56,382 nucleotides of DNA from Smithella sp. SCADC (GTDB taxonomy: Bacteria > Desulfobacterota > Syntrophia > Syntrophales > Smithellaceae). The stretch covers positions 1 through 56,382 of the forward strand of contig JQDQ01000013.1 in the NCBI GenBank assembly GCA_000747625.2. Reading direction: 5' to 3'. The stretch's first letter is position 1; each line of letters starts with the position of its first letter. A model generated the notes under the pieces. That model was not told where the DNA came from. It saw nothing but the letters and a program-made list of their open reading frames with translations, and did no database searches. The position numbers and the translations under genes were made by a program. Below are positions 17,736-27,617 of the stretch, piece by piece.

Positions 17736-18632
17736 ATGGATAAAGAATCTTCAGAAAATAAAACTGCTCAAAACTCCTGTAATGCTTATCCGAAATATAA
17801 TAAACTGACCATTGCCAGCCGCAAGAAGGATATTGAAAAAGCCAACAAGTCCACTGAGGATTATACCAAACTGGGTTTCATTCATCTGGAGAATAAAAAT
17901 TATGATGAAGCTTTAAACTATTTTCAAAAAATTGCAGAACTCGAGCCAGATAATCCTAAAACATTCATCAATATAGGATATATATACGAAAAAATGGATA
18001 TGCTCGATTCTGCAAAAAAATGCTACGAAAAATCACTGAAACTAAAAGCGGATAACATCGAAGCAATTATCAAAATCGGCAATATACTGGAGCGGCAAGG
18101 TGATTATCATCATGCCGTCAAACAATACAAAAAGGCTATCGGGATCGCTTCGCAAGATGTAGAGCCACGTTTTTGTTTAGCAACCTTATACGACAGACAC
18201 GATATGTATGATGAAGCAGCGGATGAATATGAAAATATTATCAAGATTAACCCGCTGCATACCAAGGCTCTTTACAATTTGGGCAGAATTTATTTTCAAT
18301 ATGGAAACTATGCTAAAGCCTCAAAGAATTTTAAAACTGTCTTAGAACTGGAGCCGGAAAACGCCGATGCCTGGAATGATCTGGGTTCTGTTTATGAAAT
18401 AACTAATAACTTTAGCGAAGCAATATCAACGTACAGCAGGGCCCTGGAAGTTGATCCTTTTCACGAAGAAACCAACTTTAATCTGGCCAACATTCAATAT
18501 TCATTATATTTGTCATACCCCCAAAGCATTGACCTTAATGATATTATCCAACGTCTTAATTTTGTCCTTGTTCGAAATCCTGATAATAAAAAAGTCTGGA
18601 AACTTCTCAATGAAATAGACTCATCACAATAA
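17736..18632 (+). CDS. Tetratricopeptide-repeat protein
   Basis: 298 aa with about 6-7 consecutive 34-aa TPR units (e.g. YDEALNYFQKIAELEPDNPKTFINIGYIY, YAKASKNFKTVLELEPENADAWNDLGSVY). There is no signal peptide. Confidence 0.8.
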   Translation: MDKESSENKTAQNSCNAYPKYNKLTIASRKKDIEKANKSTEDYTKLGFIHLENKNYDEALNYFQKIAELEPDNPKTFINIGYIYEKMDMLDSAKKCYEKSLKLKADNIEAIIKIGNILERQGDYHHAVKQYKKAIGIASQDVEPRFCLATLYDRHDMYDEAADEYENIIKINPLHTKALYNLGRIYFQYGNYAKASKNFKTVLELEPENADAWNDLGSVYEITNNFSEAISTYSRALEVDPFHEETNFNLANIQYSLYLSYPQSIDLNDIIQRLNFVLVRNPDNKKVWKLLNEIDSSQ

Positions 18633-18655
18633 CGTCTATTACGTAACCCGGTTTA

Positions 18656-19351
18656 TTATTTTTTAAAAAATGCTTTTTTCGGATGAGCATCTGCTGAACG
18701 CAGATAGACAGGCACAAATGTTTCCGCATCAAGTATTTCATTTCGATTGAATTTTTCTATTCCTAAAATAGCCACAGATGAAGCGCGAATATATTGCTGC
18801 TGTTGTGAAGCAACAAAAATATTTTTTTTCTTTGTGCCTCCGATAATATCTGCATATTTGATTGCCCCGTCACCGGCAAATAACACGTTCTGTTTAAAAT
18901 CAGGATCAATGTCCGCCGGATTTACAACTTCGTCTGCGCCTATTTGTTCCAAAAGACTTTTCTGATTATACCGGAAGTACGCGACATAAACCTGTCCCCT
19001 TCCGGCGTCCATTACAGAACAAATGATTTTTGAATTGTGGCTTACATTCAATGCAAGAGCCGCAAGAGAAGAAACTCCGACGGCAGGCTTTCCTGTTGCC
19101 AGCATCAATCCTTTGAGCGTACCGGCTCCAATACGCAGTCCTGTAAACGAACCGGGACCAATCGTACAGGCAAATAAATCAACATCGGCAATTTTTATTC
19201 CTGTCTGAAGGCAGGCTTGATTAATAACAGGCAAAAGCACTTCCGAATGATTTAAATCAATATTGATTATGGTATCATAAAGAATAGCATTATCCCGTAA
19301 GATTGCTACAGCAACGGTTTGGAAAGAAGTATCAAAAGCTAAAGTCAGCAT
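18656..19351 (-). CDS. tsaB: tRNA threonylcarbamoyladenosine biosynthesis protein TsaB (YeaZ)
   Basis: 231 aa, MLTLAFDTS......A.......................GPGSFTGLRIG. This is the ASKHA-fold TsaB pattern. Confidence 0.85.
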   Translation of the reverse strand: MLTLAFDTSFQTVAVAILRDNAILYDTIINIDLNHSEVLLPVINQACLQTGIKIADVDLFACTIGPGSFTGLRIGAGTLKGLMLATGKPAVGVSSLAALALNVSHNSKIICSVMDAGRGQVYVAYFRYNQKSLLEQIGADEVVNPADIDPDFKQNVLFAGDGAIKYADIIGGTKKKNIFVASQQQQYIRASSVAILGIEKFNRNEILDAETFVPVYLRSADAHPKKAFFKK

Positions 19352-19354
19352 GGC

Positions 19355-20446
19355 TCACTTAAAATATTTTGTAATATCATTGATAAATTTTAAGTTTAAC
19401 CGCTCAATGTCAATAAAAATCACAAAAAGCATCAGCATTAACAAAACGGCAAAACCGATTTGCTGGGATAGTTCTTTTACTTTCATGCTTATTTCTCTTC
19501 TGGTTACAATTTCAATCATATAGAAGAAGATATGGCCGCCATCGAGAACAGGGATGGGGAAAAGATTAATTACTCCCAGGTTTATGGAAAGCACGGCCAT
19601 AAAAAGAATGAAAGGAATTATGCCTTCTTTTACCTGAGCACCGGCGACCTGAGCAATAAAAATCGGACCACCCAAAGTTCGTGGCGAAATAACACCCTCA
19701 AAAATTTTAACCACAGAAATAACTGTCAGTTTGCTAATCTCCCAGGTCTTGTTTAATGAGGAGATGATCGCATCCCAGGGATTCTTTTTTTCTACTACCA
19801 TATTTCCGGCCGGAGCAACTCCAATAAGGTATGTGGCTACCTCTTCACCAAAAATATTCTTTGATTTAGATAACCTTGGCTTAATTACAATATGCTTCTT
19901 CTCCACTCCCCTCTCGATAACAACATCCACTTCCTTACCTTTACTCTCAGCTATTACCGGCCTTATATCTTCCCAAAAGATAATTTTTTGTCCATTAATG
20001 GAAATGATTTTATCGCCATTCATCATACCCGCCTCCATAGAGGCGCTTTCTTTTTGCACTGTTCCAACGACAGCGGTCAGGTTAGGTAAACCGTACATAA
20101 AGACGATAACAAATATTAATATAGCCAATAAGAAGTTAAAAACGGGACCAGCTAAAACAATCAACATGCGTTTCCATATCGCCTGCTTAAAAAACGATCT
20201 TTTTTCATCTTCCGGCGATAATTCTTCATTACCCGACTCACCCAGAAGTTTGACAAATCCGCCCAAAGGTATCCAGGAAAGCGCATATTCAGTTTCTCCA
20301 ACTTTCTTACTTACGATCTTCGGACCAAACCCCAGAGAAAACTTGAGAACGCCAACATCGAGAATTCGAGCGGCCAGAAAATGACCAAATTCATGAACGA
20401 AAATAAGAACACCCAGTAATATTATAAAAGAAATTAAGGTAACCAC
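19355..20446 (-). CDS. rseP: Site-2 (RIP) zinc metalloprotease RseP
   Basis: 363 aa with an HEFGHF zinc motif at the N-terminus, a PDZ region and NLFPIPVLDGGH near the C-terminus. Confidence 0.92.
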   Translation of the reverse strand: MVTLISFIILLGVLIFVHEFGHFLAARILDVGVLKFSLGFGPKIVSKKVGETEYALSWIPLGGFVKLLGESGNEELSPEDEKRSFFKQAIWKRMLIVLAGPVFNFLLAILIFVIVFMYGLPNLTAVVGTVQKESASMEAGMMNGDKIISINGQKIIFWEDIRPVIAESKGKEVDVVIERGVEKKHIVIKPRLSKSKNIFGEEVATYLIGVAPAGNMVVEKKNPWDAIISSLNKTWEISKLTVISVVKIFEGVISPRTLGGPIFIAQVAGAQVKEGIIPFILFMAVLSINLGVINLFPIPVLDGGHIFFYMIEIVTRREISMKVKELSQQIGFAVLLMLMLFVIFIDIERLNLKFINDITKYFK

Positions 20447-21606
20447 TACATTATCCTTTCTATTATTTTGCTAGTTTCTCTTCTTGCCCACAAATCGGCT
20501 TGCAGGATATCATCCAACGAAGGATTATTAATTGAATTATGAAGACCAAGAACCGTTTCAATGATCTTAGGCAAATCAATGAACCTGATTTTCTTTTCCA
20601 TGAATGCAGATACGGCAACTTCATCGGCGGCATTTAAAACAACCGGAGCCGTGCCGCCGCAACGTCCTGCCGCATAAGCAAGACTTAAGCAGGGAAATTT
20701 CTTTATATCCGGATTGCGAAATTCCAAATTTCCTGTTTTTACAAGATTCAAAGATGGAAGATCATTGATTATCCTTTCCGGATAAGTTAAGGCATAAGCA
20801 ATAGGTACTTTCATATCCGGGATTCCCATTTGCGCCAAAAAAGCTCCGTCAACAAATTCCACCATGGAATGCACTATGCTTTGCGGATGAATTAAAACAT
20901 CGATATGGCTGAAATCAACATTAAAAAACCATTTAGCCTCGATAACCTCTAATCCCTTGTTCATCATCGAAGCAGAATCAATAGTTACTTTCTTCCCCAT
21001 CTTCCAGTTGGGATGGCGCAATGTTTGACTGAGACTGACTTTCTTCAATTCATTGCCGGTGAAATTTAGAAAAGGCCCCCCGGAAGCCGTCAAAATTATC
21101 CGCCTTAAATTTTTACTCTTCTGTCCTTCCAAACATTGAAATATTGCGCTGTGCTCACTGTCAACTGGAATAATTTTTACTCTTTTTTTTATCGCTCTTC
21201 CGGTTACAATCTCTCCAGCCATTACCATCGTTTCTTTGTTGGCTAAAGCGATATCTTTGCCCGCTTCAATTGCCGCAATCGCCGGTATTAAACCAGCGGA
21301 ACCTGAGATAGCTGAAATGACGACATCCGCCGAAGGAAATGAAGCAATCTCTTTCAATCCTTCCTGATCATAAAATATTTTAACCTTATCTTTAGTTGTT
21401 AAGGAATCACGAAGTTGAAGAGCGCTTTCTTTGGCGCTTACAGCAACCACTTTGGGCTTAAATTTTTCTATTTGTTTTTTGAGCAGCGCTATATTTTTCC
21501 CGGCGGCAAGCGCCACGACTTGAAAACGTTCAGGATTTTTTCCAATAACATCCAGCGCACTGCATCCAATCGAACCTGTTGATCCCAAAATCGTTATTTT
21601 TTTCAT
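20446..21606 (-). CDS. dxr: 1-deoxy-D-xylulose 5-phosphate reductoisomerase
   Basis: 386 aa, ILGSTGSIG...ALAAG.N...L..Q...F.P....VDSEHSAIFQCL...ILTASGGPF...HPNW.MG.K.TIDSA.MMNKGLE. Confidence 0.95.
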   Translation of the reverse strand: MKKITILGSTGSIGCSALDVIGKNPERFQVVALAAGKNIALLKKQIEKFKPKVVAVSAKESALQLRDSLTTKDKVKIFYDQEGLKEIASFPSADVVISAISGSAGLIPAIAAIEAGKDIALANKETMVMAGEIVTGRAIKKRVKIIPVDSEHSAIFQCLEGQKSKNLRRIILTASGGPFLNFTGNELKKVSLSQTLRHPNWKMGKKVTIDSASMMNKGLEVIEAKWFFNVDFSHIDVLIHPQSIVHSMVEFVDGAFLAQMGIPDMKVPIAYALTYPERIINDLPSLNLVKTGNLEFRNPDIKKFPCLSLAYAAGRCGGTAPVVLNAADEVAVSAFMEKKIRFIDLPKIIETVLGLHNSINNPSLDDILQADLWARRETSKIIERIM

Positions 21607-22437
21607 TTATCCAATTATAAACATCCGGTAATAATAAACAAAGGGAGCAATAAAAAGCAGGCAATCCAGACGATCAAGGATGCCCCCGTGACCGGGCAGA
21701 ATTGAACCCGCATCCTTAAGCCCGTAATTTCTTTTAACAGCAGATTCACAAATATCGCCCAGCTGCCCGATAATACTGCCGGTAAAAGCAAGAATTATTA
21801 TTTGCGTAACCGGTATTTCCGGCAGGAAGTAGTAACTGAAGATCAGACAAGCGCTTGTGCTTCCCAGGACCAATCCAGCCAAACCTTCCACAGTTTTACC
21901 GGGACTGACAAAAGGAGCGAGTTTATGTTTACCGAAATGTTTACCCGCATATAACGCAAATATATCACCAATGAAGGCAAGGAATAACACAAAGAATATC
22001 CATTCTATTCCTTTATCCATTATTCGTAATGAAATGAAATATGACATTAAAAAAGGTATGTACATCATACCGAAGATTACTTTAGCAACGGATAGGACAT
22101 CAAACTCTGCTTCTTTAATCGACAGGACAAATAGCATAAAAACAATCAAGACGGAGAAGGACAGTATGGCAAGTAAATGCTGACTATTTCCCAATAAGAC
22201 TGACAAAGGAATCATTACCGCCAGAATCAGACCTTCAATTTTTTCCTTTACAAAACCTTTCCCGAAAACCATGTGATTGTATTCCCAAACTCCGCCCATG
22301 ATAAAGAAAATAACAAGAGCCGCAAATATTTCTTTTGAACCGAACACGACAATTAAGACTAATACAGGCGCCAGGATAAGACCTGTCACCCATCTTTTTA
22401 ATAATGAATTACTTTCCCCGGACGTATTTTCGGACAT
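21607..22437 (-). CDS. cdsA: Phosphatidate cytidylyltransferase
   Basis: 276 aa, multi-TM. The C-terminal signature is SAVKRNYGLKDAGSILPGHGGILDRLD. Confidence 0.9.
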   Translation of the reverse strand: MSENTSGESNSLLKRWVTGLILAPVLVLIVVFGSKEIFAALVIFFIMGGVWEYNHMVFGKGFVKEKIEGLILAVMIPLSVLLGNSQHLLAILSFSVLIVFMLFVLSIKEAEFDVLSVAKVIFGMMYIPFLMSYFISLRIMDKGIEWIFFVLFLAFIGDIFALYAGKHFGKHKLAPFVSPGKTVEGLAGLVLGSTSACLIFSYYFLPEIPVTQIIILAFTGSIIGQLGDICESAVKRNYGLKDAGSILPGHGGILDRLDCLLFIAPFVYYYRMFIIG

Positions 22438-22452
22438 TTATTTTTCTCTTAA

Positions 22453-22531
22453 CATTTCACTCTTCACGATTCACCATTCACCCTTTACTATTTACTATTC
22501 ACTTTTCACTTCTTTTCTTTCAACTGTTCAC
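22453..22531. repeat. 7-bp periodic tract, about 11 units of NNTTCAC (GTGAANN on the minus strand)
   Basis: catttcac tcttcac gattcac cattcac cctttac tatttac tattcac ttttcac ttctttt ctttcaa ctgttcac. It spans the uppS-cdsA intergenic gap and the last codons of uppS. Confidence 0.75.
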
Positions 22532-23246
22532 TGGTCAGGCCAAAACGTCTTTCACGTTTCTGATAACTGGCAATTGCTTTAAAAAGATCATCCTTTGTAA
22601 AATCAGGCCAGAGAACATTGGTAAAATAGAGTTCCGTGTAAGCCATCTGCCAGAGCAGGAAATTACTGATGCGATATTCGCCGCTGGTACGAATCAACAA
22701 ATCCGGATCAGGAATTCCGGAAGTATACAAATAACGATCAAAAGTTTTTTTATTAATATCATTTATATCCATTTTACCTGTTATATTATCCTGAACAATT
22801 CTTCTTACAGCGCTGATAATCTCATCTTTTCCACCGTAACTCAAAGCCAGATTTAAAACCATCTTGTCATTCTTTGCCGTGCATTCTTTTGTCTGTAAGA
22901 GTTTCTTTTGTACAGCCGGATGCAAACGATCTATTTCACCGATTGTTGTGAGCCGGATTCCCTGTTTTTGCAGTTCCTTTGCTTCTTTGGTCAAATATTC
23001 ATCCAAAAGGAACATCAAAGCTTCTACTTCTTTTGCCGGACGTTCCCAATTTTCTATGGAAAAGGCATACAGGGTTAGATATTCAATACCTATTTCGCGA
23101 CACGCTTTGATGACAGTCCTGACAGCTTTGGCGCCTTGTCTATGTCCGCGAATTCTGCCTATGGCATGTTGTTTAGCCCAACGGCCATTACCATCCACAA
23201 TTATGGCTATGTGCCGGGGCAATTTATTCCAGTCAATTTTTATCAC
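22506..23246 (-). CDS. uppS: Undecaprenyl (isoprenyl) diphosphate synthase
   Basis: 246 aa, PRHIAIIVDGNGRWA...GH..G...LT.YAFS.ENW.RP..EV..LM...IRTSGE.R.SNFLLWQ.AY.E. It is a cis-prenyltransferase. Confidence 0.93.
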   Translation of the reverse strand: MIKIDWNKLPRHIAIIVDGNGRWAKQHAIGRIRGHRQGAKAVRTVIKACREIGIEYLTLYAFSIENWERPAKEVEALMFLLDEYLTKEAKELQKQGIRLTTIGEIDRLHPAVQKKLLQTKECTAKNDKMVLNLALSYGGKDEIISAVRRIVQDNITGKMDINDINKKTFDRYLYTSGIPDPDLLIRTSGEYRISNFLLWQMAYTELYFTNVLWPDFTKDDLFKAIASYQKRERRFGLTSEQLKEKK

Positions 23247-23380
23247 TAATCAGGCTCCAATTAATTGTCACTCTAATAGACAGAGCAATTTTTTTCAACA
23301 GGGAATCTCATTTCGTTAAATATTAATAATATCTTTTAAAATTAGCCCTTAAATAAAACAATGCATTGGACAAGTACGCA

Positions 23381-23411
23381 TAAAAACAAATGGGGAGTTT
23401 TCGACTCCCCA
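23381..23411 (-). terminator. Rho-independent terminator after frr
   Basis: The minus-strand RNA is AUGGGGAGU-CGAAA-ACUCCCCAU followed by UUGUUUUUA. The stem is 23391-23398 / 23404-23411. Confidence 0.7.
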
Positions 23412-23436
23412 TTGATGTATTTATGAAAAGTTTGGT

Positions 23437-23994
23437 TTAAATCTCCATTATTTCTTTTTCTTTGGCTGCAAGTACTTTGTCTGTTTTTTCGATATATTGA
23501 TCAGTTAATTTTTGAACTTCATCCTGTGCGGTAAAAAGCTCATCCTCCGCCATTTTATTGTTTTTTTTTATATTTTTTAATTCTTCATTAGCATCCCTGC
23601 GGGCATTACGTAATTTGACTTTTCCTTCTTCCGCCATCTTTTTAACAACCTTAACCAGTTCTTTGCGACGTTCTTCCGTTAACTGTGGAATAGCAAGACG
23701 AACGACTTTTCCGTCATTTGACGGCGTCAAACCTAAATCCGATTTTTGAATAGCCTTCTCAATTGCACCAATTACCGAGGCATCCCATGGAACAATAAGA
23801 ATTAGACGGTTTTCCGGAATAGAAATATTGGCAACTTGATTAAGGGGAGTAGCGGCACCGTAATAATCAACCTTTATTCCATCCAGAAGCGCAACGGATG
23901 CTCTGCCTGTTCTCACTCTGCTGAAGGATTTACTTAGACTAACAATTGTTTTTTCCATTTCGTCTTTAAATTTTTGAAAAATAGTTTCTTTCAT
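23437..23994 (-). CDS. frr: Ribosome recycling factor
   Basis: 185 aa; ...RTGRA....L....V.YYG..TPL.Q.A.I..P......I.PWD...I..IEKAI..SDLGL.P.NDG...R...P.LTEERRKEL.K. Confidence 0.95.
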   Translation of the reverse strand: MKETIFQKFKDEMEKTIVSLSKSFSRVRTGRASVALLDGIKVDYYGAATPLNQVANISIPENRLILIVPWDASVIGAIEKAIQKSDLGLTPSNDGKVVRLAIPQLTEERRKELVKVVKKMAEEGKVKLRNARRDANEELKNIKKNNKMAEDELFTAQDEVQKLTDQYIEKTDKVLAAKEKEIMEI

Positions 23995-23995
23995 A

Positions 23996-24724
<729 letters not shown>

Positions 24725-25330
24725 CTATTTTTTAATTTCCTCTCCCAGTTGAAATCTTGCAAATCTGCGAATAACAACATTCTCACCGGTTTTGGATATG
24801 GTGTTACTTAAAAGCGTCCCGATAGTAATATCCGTGTCCTTTATGAATTTCTGGTCAACCAGACAGACTTCTTCGTAATATTTTTTGAGTTTACCTTCAA
24901 TTATCTTATCCCATATTTTTTCCGGTTTTTTCTCTTCCTGCAACTGACTGCGGTAAATTTCTTTCTCCCTTTCTAAAACGTCGGCTGGAACTTCATCCGG
25001 CCGGACATAAAGCGGATTTGATGCCGCGATATGCATGGCAATATCTTTGGCCATTTTTTGAAAATCATCTGTCTTTGCCACAAAATCAGTTTCGCAATTT
25101 ATTTCCACCATCACGCCAATTTTGCCACCCATATGAATATAAGAAGCTACCGTACCATCTTTAGCAGCTTTAGAAGATCTTTTCGTTGCCGCCGATAAAC
25201 CCTTTTTTCTTAGATAATCGATTGCTTTTTCAAAATCACCGTCCGTGGCTTTTAATGCTTCCTTGCAATCCATCATGCCCGTACCGGTTTTTACTCTTAA
25301 CTCTTTAACCATTGCTGAAGTTATTTCCAA
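24725..25330 (-). CDS. tsf: Elongation factor Ts (short form)
   Basis: 201 aa; ITSAMVKELRVKTGTGMMDCKEAL...G.FEKAIDYLRKKG. It sits in the conserved rpsB-tsf-pyrH-frr order. Confidence 0.93.
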   Translation of the reverse strand: MEITSAMVKELRVKTGTGMMDCKEALKATDGDFEKAIDYLRKKGLSAATKRSSKAAKDGTVASYIHMGGKIGVMVEINCETDFVAKTDDFQKMAKDIAMHIAASNPLYVRPDEVPADVLEREKEIYRSQLQEEKKPEKIWDKIIEGKLKKYYEEVCLVDQKFIKDTDITIGTLLSNTISKTGENVVIRRFARFQLGEEIKK

Positions 25331-25398
25331 TTTTAATTCCTCCCTTAACCTATTAATAGATCCACTATATTTTATAGCTGTTTGAATGATTCGCCGGT

Positions 25399-26205
25399 TT
25401 ATTCTTCTGATTGTGCAACTTTATCTTCCATTTCTATGCTTTCGGGAATATCCGTTTCTTCCGGCTTGGTTTCGACAATCACATTTGTTTCTTTATTGGA
25501 TTCTGCCGTCAGCTTTTCTTCCAGACGCTTTTTCCCTTCCAAAACCGCATCGGCAAATTTAGAGGTAAACAATTTAATCGCTCTGATGGCATCATCATTT
25601 CCCGGTATAATATAATCGATAGCATCAGGATCACAATTCGTATCAACTATCGCCACTATCGGAATCCTTAACTTTTTCGCTTCATTAACCGTTATATGTT
25701 CACGGCTGGGATCAACGATAAAAACAGCCGCCGGTGTGGATTTCATGTTTCTGATCCCACCTAAAACATTTTCCAGTTTTTCCTTTTCCTTTTGCAATTT
25801 GGTTATTTCTTTTTTAGGAAAAGCTTTAATGGAGTCATCATTGAACATGTTCGTCAAGGTGTTTAAACGATCAATACTCTTTTTAATTGTAGCGAAATTC
25901 GTCAACATTCCGCCGAGCCAGCGTTGATTGACATAAGGCATGCCGCAGCGCAGAGCATCCTCCTTAATGGCTTCCTGTGATTGTTTTTTTGTCCCCACAA
26001 AAAGCACTTCTTTGCCCTGACTGATAACATCAATCACAAAATTATACGCCGTCTGAAACAAACCGACGGTCTGCTGAAGATCGATAATGTAGATGTTGTT
26101 TCTTGCCCCGAAGATGTATGGTTTCATCTTGGGATTCCATTTGTTTGTCTGATGTCCGAAATGAACACCCGCTTCCAGTAAAAGTTTCATTGAAATTGCT
26201 GACAT
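25399..26205 (-). CDS. rpsB: 30S ribosomal protein S2 (acidic C-terminal tail)
   Basis: 268 aa; [38 protein letters not shown]... Confidence 0.95.
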   Translation of the reverse strand: MSAISMKLLLEAGVHFGHQTNKWNPKMKPYIFGARNNIYIIDLQQTVGLFQTAYNFVIDVISQGKEVLFVGTKKQSQEAIKEDALRCGMPYVNQRWLGGMLTNFATIKKSIDRLNTLTNMFNDDSIKAFPKKEITKLQKEKEKLENVLGGIRNMKSTPAAVFIVDPSREHITVNEAKKLRIPIVAIVDTNCDPDAIDYIIPGNDDAIRAIKLFTSKFADAVLEGKKRLEEKLTAESNKETNVIVETKPEETDIPESIEMEDKVAQSEE

Positions 26206-26390
26206 ATTTATCTCCTTATTTTGTTTTTTCCTCCATCTTCTTCAACTTGCGCGGCAAACTTAAATTTAAGCAACATACCGGCAATCCGAAGATGTGCGAA
26301 ATTTATCTGTCGGCACTTAGCATAAACATTCTAAATAATCAAGTTTAAATAACCGTTTCCGGCAATAAAATTAATGCTTTTTAGAGGCGA

Positions 26391-27590
26391 TCAGGTCGTG
26401 TAATCGGCGTTTATTTTCACATAATCGCAGGAAAGATCAGAGGTATAAACAAAATATGATTTATCTCCTGCTCCCAATCCAACGTGCACATTGATCCTGT
26501 CTTTTTTAAATATTTCTTTCAATTCGCTTAAATTAAAAGCAACGGGAGAATCCTGATGAAACACCATTTTGCCGCCAATGGACAGGCTTACTTTTTCTTT
26601 CTCCATGGATATTCCGGAAGAACCAAGGGCGGCAATTATTCTTCCCCAGTTAGGATCCTCTCCGAAAAAAGCCGTTTTGACCAGATTGGAGTTCGCGATA
26701 GCATAGGCGGCAGACCGCGCATCCGATTTTGATTTAGCGCCTTCCACCATAATTGATATAAATTTGGTCGCTCCTTCGCCATCTTGAACAACAGCCTGGC
26801 AAAGTTCCGTTAAAACCTCGGATAACATGTCACGAAAACGCTGCAGGCGGGCTTGCACCTTCTCCAATGGATTATTGCCGGCTAAACCATTAGCCATGAT
26901 AATCGCCATGTCATTGGTGCTCATACAGCCGTCAACACTGATGGAATTAAATGTAGAATTAATGACCTGATGAAACACTGTGCTCAAAGCTTTGGAATCG
27001 ATTAAAGCATCGGTCATTACATAAGTCAGCAAAGTCGCCATATTGGGTTCAATCATCCCGGCTCCTTTGGCGATACCGCAAATGGTAATATCTTTTGCTC
27101 CGACCACGCCTTTGCGGATGGCAACCTTGGGATATTTATCCGTTGTCATCATTGCCGCTTCCGCATCCTCAATTCCGGCCTCGTTTAATCCTTTAACTAA
27201 TTTACCGATGCCGCTTTCTATCTTTTTTAAGGGAAGTCTCTTTCCTATCACTCCCGTCGAACTTACCAGGACTAATTCATTTTTTATTTTCATTTCTCTG
27301 GATAAAGCCGCGGAAACAGCCAATGCATCCCTGTAACCTTCTTTCCCTGTTGCCGCGTTGGCACAACCACTGTTGGTAATGATCGCCTGAGCTATGCCTC
27401 TTTTAACACGTTCTTCATTAATCAGCAGCGGCGCCGCTTTAAAGGTATTTTTAGTAAATACTGCCGCCACTTTTGCGGGTACGGTAGAATAAATCAAGCC
27501 CAGGTCTTTTTTATCGGTCCCCTTAATACCAACGGCAATTCCATTGGCTAGAAAGCCGGGCACATATATTTTTGTTTTATTTTTAACCAT
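26391..27590 (-). CDS. argJ: Bifunctional ornithine acetyltransferase / N-acetylglutamate synthase
   Basis: 399 aa. GFLANGIAVGIK, the autoprocessing site ATLLTY (P.MATLL) and the DLSCDYVKINADYTT C-terminus are typical of ArgJ. Confidence 0.9.
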   Translation of the reverse strand: MVKNKTKIYVPGFLANGIAVGIKGTDKKDLGLIYSTVPAKVAAVFTKNTFKAAPLLINEERVKRGIAQAIITNSGCANAATGKEGYRDALAVSAALSREMKIKNELVLVSSTGVIGKRLPLKKIESGIGKLVKGLNEAGIEDAEAAMMTTDKYPKVAIRKGVVGAKDITICGIAKGAGMIEPNMATLLTYVMTDALIDSKALSTVFHQVINSTFNSISVDGCMSTNDMAIIMANGLAGNNPLEKVQARLQRFRDMLSEVLTELCQAVVQDGEGATKFISIMVEGAKSKSDARSAAYAIANSNLVKTAFFGEDPNWGRIIAALGSSGISMEKEKVSLSIGGKMVFHQDSPVAFNLSELKEIFKKDRINVHVGLGAGDKSYFVYTSDLSCDYVKINADYTT

Positions 27591-27617
27591 AACACCACTT
27601 CCTTTTTTTCTAATAAC

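Noticed and set aside
15358-18632. Interpreting the HTH (excisionase-like) + AAA+ island as a prophage, ICE or Tn7-like (TniB-type ATPase) element.
   Set aside because: There is no integrase, transposase, TnsA/B, TniQ or phage structural gene, and I could find no flanking direct repeats or att-like duplication. The nearby tRNA-Pro is 13 kb away. Only the weaker label of a variable island is justified.
22453-22531. Possible CRISPR array or CRISPR-like repeats (this tract and the family A and B repeats).
   Set aside because: The units are 7 bp with no spacers. The family A and B copies are dispersed single palindromic elements kilobases apart. There are no cas genes and no regular repeat-spacer structure anywhere in the window.
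22277-22856. Plus-strand ORFs giving FTIHHSPFTIYYSLFT / FHSSRFTIHPLLFTIHFSLL peptides.
   Set aside because: They are artefacts of translating the 7-bp TTCAC repeat and of reading antisense through uppS and cdsA.
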